DNA from: Eledone cirrhosa
Taxonomy: Eukaryota
Assembly (NCBI GenBank): GCA_964016885.1
Contig: OZ024743.1
Coordinates: forward strand, 140,182,001-140,246,000
Direction: 5' to 3'
DNA: 64,000 bases
Below the pieces are notes generated by a model, which was not told the DNA's origin, ran no database searches, and was given only the letters and a program-made list of their open reading frames with translations. Both the position numbers and the translations under genes were made by a program. This document shows, piece after piece, positions 60,101 to 64,000 of the stretch; within the stretch, counting starts at the first letter, position 1, and every line of letters starts with the position of its first letter.

Positions 60101-63100
60101 GTGTTTGGTGTTTGGTGTTTGGTGCTTCGTGCTTGGGGTTTGGTGTTTGGTGCTTGGTGCTTGGTGCTTGGTCTTTGGTGCTTGGTGCTTGGTGTTTGGT
60201 GTTTCGTGTTTGGTGCTTGGTGCTTGGTGTTTGGTGCTTGGTGCTTGGTGCTGGGTGGTTGGTATTTGGTGCTTGGTGCTTGGTGTTTGGTGCTTGGTGC
60301 TTGGTGCTTGGTGTTTGGTGCTTGGTGCTTGGTGCTTGGTCTTTGGTGCTTGGTGTTTGGTGTTTGGTGCTTGGTGCTTGGTGCTTGGTGTTTGGTGCTT
60401 GGTGATTAGTGTTTGGTGCTTGGTGCTTGGGGTTTGGTGTTTGGTGCTTGGTGCTTGGTGTTTGGTGCTTGGTACTTGGTGTTTGGTGCTTGGTGTTTGG
60501 TGTTTGCTGTTTGGTGTTTGGTGTTTGGTGTTTGCTGTTTGGTGTCTGCTTTTTGGTGTTTGGTGTTTGCTGTATGGTGTTTGCTGTTTCGTGTTTGGTG
60601 TTTGCTGTTTGGTGTTTGGTGCTTGGTGTTTGGTGTTTGGTGGCTGGTGTTTGGTGTTTATTGCTTGTTGCTTGGTGCTTGGTGCTTGGTGTTTGGTGTT
60701 TGGTGCTTGGTGCTTGGTGTTTGGTGCTTGGTGCTTGGTGTTTGTACTTGGTGCTTGGTGCTTGGTGTTTGGTGCTTGGTTCTTGGTGTTTGGTGCTTGG
60801 TGTTTGGTGCTTGGTGCTTGGTGTTTGGTGCTTGGTGCTTGGTGTTTGGTGTTTGGTGCTTGGTGCTTGGTGCTTGGTGTTAGGTGTTTGGTGCTTGGTG
60901 CTTGGTGTTTGGTGTTTGGTTCTTGGTGCTTGGTATTTGGTGCTTGGTGCTTGCTGCTTGGTGTTTGGTGCTTGGTGATTGATGCTTGGTGTTTGGTGCT
61001 TGGTGCTTGGTGTTTGGTTTTTGGTGCTAGGTGCTTGGTGCTTGGTGTTTGGTGCTTGGTGTTTGGTGTTTGGTGCTTGGTGCTTGGTGTTTGGTACTTG
61101 GTGCTTGGTGCTTGGTGTTTGGTGCTTGGTGCTTGGTGTTTGGTGTTTGGTGTTTGGTGCTTGGTGCTTGGTGTTTGGTGCTTGGTGCTTGGTGCTGGGT
61201 GGTTGGTGTTTGGTGCTTGGTGCTTGGTGTTTGGTGCTAGGTGCATGGTGCTTGGTGTTTGGTGCTTGGTGCTTGGTGCTTGGTCTTTGGTGTTTGGTGT
61301 TTAGTGCTTGGTGCTTGGTGCTTGGTGCTTGGTGCTTGGTCCTTGGTGTTTGGTGCTTGGTGCTTGGTGTTTGGTGTTTGGTGCTTGGTGCTTGGTGCTT
61401 TGTGTTTGGTGTTTGGTGCTTGGTGTCTGGAACTTGGTGTTTGGTGTTTGGTGCTTGGTGTTTGGTGTTTGGTGCTTGGTGCTTGGTGTTTGGTGCTTGG
61501 TGCTTGGTGTTTGTACTTGGTGCTTGGTGCTTGGTGTTTGGTGCTTGGTTCTTGGTGTTTGGTGCTTGGTGTTTGGAGCTTGGTGCTTGGTGTTTGGTGC
61601 TTGGTGCTTGGTGTTTGTACTTGGTGCTTGTTGCTTGGTGTTTGGTGCTTGGTTCTTGGTGTTTGGTGCTTGGTGTTTGGAGCTTGGTGCTTGGTGTTTG
61701 GTGCTTGGTGCTTGGTGTTTGGTGTTTGGTGCTTGGTGCTAGGTGTTTGGTGCTTGGTGCTTGGTGTTTGGCGTTTGGTTCTTGGTGCTTGGTATTTGGT
61801 GCTTTGTGCTTGGTGCTTGGTGTTTGTTGCTTGTTGATTGATGCTTGGTGTTTGGTGCTTGGTGCTTGGTGTTTGGTTTTTGGTGCTAGGTGCTTGGTGC
61901 TTGGTTTTTGGTACTTGGTGCTTGGTGCTTGGTGTTTGGTGCTTGGTGCTTGGTGTTTGGTGTTTGGTGTTTGGTGCTTGGTGCTTGGTGTTTGGTGCTT
62001 GGTGCTTGGTGCTGGGTGGTTGGTGTTTGGTGCTTGGTGCTTGGTGTTTTGTGCTTGGTGCATGGTGCTTGGTGTTTGGTGCTTGGTGCTTGGTGCTTGG
62101 TCTTTGGTGTTTGGTGTTTAGTGCTTGGTGTTTGGTGTTTGGTGCTTGGTGTTTGGTGCTTGGTGCCTGGTGCTTGTTGTTTGGTGCTTGGTGTTTGGTG
62201 TTTGGTGTTTGGTGCTTGGTGTTTGGTGTTTGGTGCTTGGTGCTTGGTGTTTGGTGTTTGATGCTTGGTGCTTGGTGCTTGGTGTTTGGTGTTTGCTGCT
62301 TGGTGTCTGGTGCTTGGTGCTTGGTGCTTGGTGTTTGGTGCTTGGTGATTGGTGCTTGGTCTTTGGTGCTGGGTGCTTGGTGTTTGGTGTTTGATGCTTG
62401 GTGTTTGATGCTTGTTGCTTGGTTCTTGGTGTTTGGTGCTTGGTGTTTCGTGCTTGGTGCTTGGTGTTTGGTGCTTGGTGCTTGGTGTTTGGTGATTGGT
62501 GCCTGGTACATGGTGTTTGGTGCTTGATGCTTGGTGATTGGTGTTTGGTGTTAGGTGTTTGGTGCTTGGTGCTTGGTGCTTGGTGTTTGGTGTTTGGTGC
62601 CTGGTGATTGGTGCTTGGTGTATGGTGCTTGGTGCTTGGTGTTTGGTGCTAGGTGCTTGGTGCTTGGTGCTTGGTGTTTGGTGCTTGGTGTTTGGTGCTT
62701 GGCACTTGGGGCTTGGTGTTTGGTGCTTGGTGCTTGGTGCTTGGTGTTTGGTGCTTGGTGCTTGGTGTTTGGTGTTTGGTGCTTGGTGTTTGGTGCTTGG
62801 TGTTTGGTGCTTGGTGCTTGGTGTTTGGTGCTTGGTGCTTGGTGCTTGGTGTTTGGTGCTTGGTGCTTGGTGCTTGGTCTTTGGTGCTTGGTGTTTGGTG
62901 TTTGGTGCTTGGTGCTTGGTGTTTGGTGCTTGGTGCTTGGTGATTAGTGTTTGGTGCTTGCTGCTTGGGGTTTGGTGTTTGGTGCTTGGTGCTTGGTGTT
63001 TGGTGCTTGGTGCTTGGTGTTTGGTGCTTGGTGTTTGGTGTTTGCTGTTTGCTGTTGGCTTTTTGATGTTTGGTGTTTGCTGTATGGTGTTTGCTGTTTC

Positions 63101-64000
63101 GTGTTTATTGTTTGCTGTTTGGTGTTTGGTGTTTGGTGTTTGCTGTTTCCTGTTTGGTCTTTAGTCTTTGGTGCTTGGTGTTTGGTGCTTGGTGCTTGGT
63201 GTTTGGTATTTGGTGCTTGGTGTTTGGTGCTTGGTGCTTGGTACTTGTTGTTTGGTGATTGGTGCTTGGTGCTTGGTGTTTGGTGTTTGATGCTTGGTGT
63301 TTGGTGTTTGGTGTTTGGTGCTTGGTGCTTGGTGTTTGGTGCTTGGTGCTTGGTGTTTGTACTTGTTGCTTGGTGCTTGATGTTTGGTGCTTGGTTTTTG
63401 GTGCTTGGTGTTTGGTGTTTGCTGTTTGCTGTTTGGTGCTTGGTGTTTGCTGTTTGGTGTTTGTTGTTTGGTGTTTGCTGTTTGGTGTTTGCTGTTTGGT
63501 GTTTGGTGCTTGCTGTTTGGTGCTTGGTGTTTGGTGCTTGGTGCTTAGTGTTTGGTGTTTGGTGTTTGGTGCTTGGTGCTTGGGGCTTGGTGTTTGGTGC
63601 TTGGTGCTTGGTGCTTGGTGCTTGGTGTTTGGTGCATGGTGCTTGGTGCTTGGTGTTTGTCGCTTGGTACTTGGTGCTTGGTGTTTGGTGCTTGGTGTTT
63701 GGTGTTTGGTGCTTGGTGTTTGGTGTTTGGTGTTTGGTGTTTGAATTTTGCTGTTTGGTGTTTGCTGTTTGCTGTTTGGTGTCTGCTTTTTGGTGTTTGG
63801 TGTTTTCTGTATGGTGTTTGCTGTTTCGTGTTTGGTGTTTGCTGTTTGGTGTTTGCTGTTTGCTGTTTGGTGTTTGGTGCTTGGTGCTTGGTGCTTGGTG
63901 TTTGGTGTTTGGTGCTTGGTGTTTGGTGTTTGGTGCTTGGTGCTTGGATTTTGGTGCTTGGTGCCTGGTGCTTGGTGTTTGGTGTTTGATGCTTGGTGCT
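55750..64000 (+). repeat. Higher-order tandem duplication, unit 4872 bp, second copy runs off the window
   Basis: Offset 4872 (56107/60979, 56966/61838, 57666/62538), dropping to 4844 and about 4800 after whole-monomer deletions. Shared private variants GGTACATGG (about 57633/62505) and TTGAATTTT (about 58946/63741). Confidence 0.88.

Larger units (their letters stand above)
1..64000 (+). repeat. Heptamer satellite array (TTGGTGY)n, about 9,100 monomers, continuing off both window ends
   Basis: Every line parses into TTGGTGC/TTGGTGT monomers with scattered substitutions (e.g. TTGCTGT, TTGGTAC, TTGGTCT, TTGATGC, TTGGAGC). I saw no inversion or non-repeat insertion. The monomer count is 64000/7. 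Confidence 0.99.

Noticed and set aside
572-62511. Minus-strand ORFs resembling mucin-like or Pro/Thr/Gln-rich repeat proteins
   Set aside because: They are antisense translations of the same satellite, overlap in several frames, and have no signal peptide or unique termini. The 6-bp monomers shift frame without any sign of constraint.
61-63850. Recurrent cassette read as a CRISPR repeat with spacers
   Set aside because: The intervening sequence is the same heptamer, 0.5-3 kb long and itself duplicated. There are no unique 25-45 bp spacers, no palindromic repeat and no cas genes.
13-63989. Plus-strand ORFs resembling Trp/Cys-rich membrane proteins (up to 999 aa)
   Set aside because: The same 7-residue pattern appears in all three overlapping frames because 7 is not a multiple of 3. 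Starts and stops coincide with sporadic monomer variants, and there is no non-repeat domain.
1-64000. Canonical telomere tract (TTAGGG, TTTAGGG or TTAGG)
   Set aside because: The monomer lacks the AGGG/AGG core. TTAGG occurs only as isolated variants, never in tandem.
1-64000. Identity with known heptamer repeats (Drosophila virilis ACAAACT family; cyanobacterial STRR heptamers)
   Set aside because: No rotation or reverse complement of the consensus matches these monomers, and bacterial heptamer tracts are far shorter than 64 kb.
1-64000. Pure sequencing artefact, or a synthetic binary-encoded construct
   Set aside because: Rare variants are shared hierarchically between blocks, and offsets balance exactly with the indel counts, which fits descent by duplication. 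Local mis-assembly of copy number is not excluded.

Overview
The whole 64,000-bp window is one uninterrupted, single-orientation tandem array of a 7-bp monomer, consensus TTGGTG(C/T) on the + strand (reverse complement (G/A)CACCAA), roughly 9,100 monomers. I see no unique sequence, gene, RNA gene, transposon or CRISPR array. The ORFs in the track are translations of the heptamer: WCLV(L/F)G(A/V) in all three + frames and TKHQ(A/T)P(S/N) on the - strand. The information lies in the structure. (i) Monomer position 7 is a two-state C/T site whose order is copied faithfully between blocks. (ii) A variant cassette of about 190 bp recurs about 40-50 times. (iii) Nested higher-order duplications have offsets of about 98-119, 350-660, 1250, 1500, 2450-2520, 2894, 4010-4040, 4140, 4190-4250 and 4872 bp, and each offset I checked equals 7n adjusted for a countable number of off-length monomers. 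(iv) Diagnostic variants change at about 38.5-42.7 kb, dividing a left and a right subfamily. The best reading, by inference, is a eukaryotic-type satellite (centromeric, pericentromeric or subtelomeric) evolving by in-register unequal exchange. Organism, chromosomal position and function cannot be determined from this window. Block boundaries are approximate because they were placed by eye from marker variants and ORF-start offsets.
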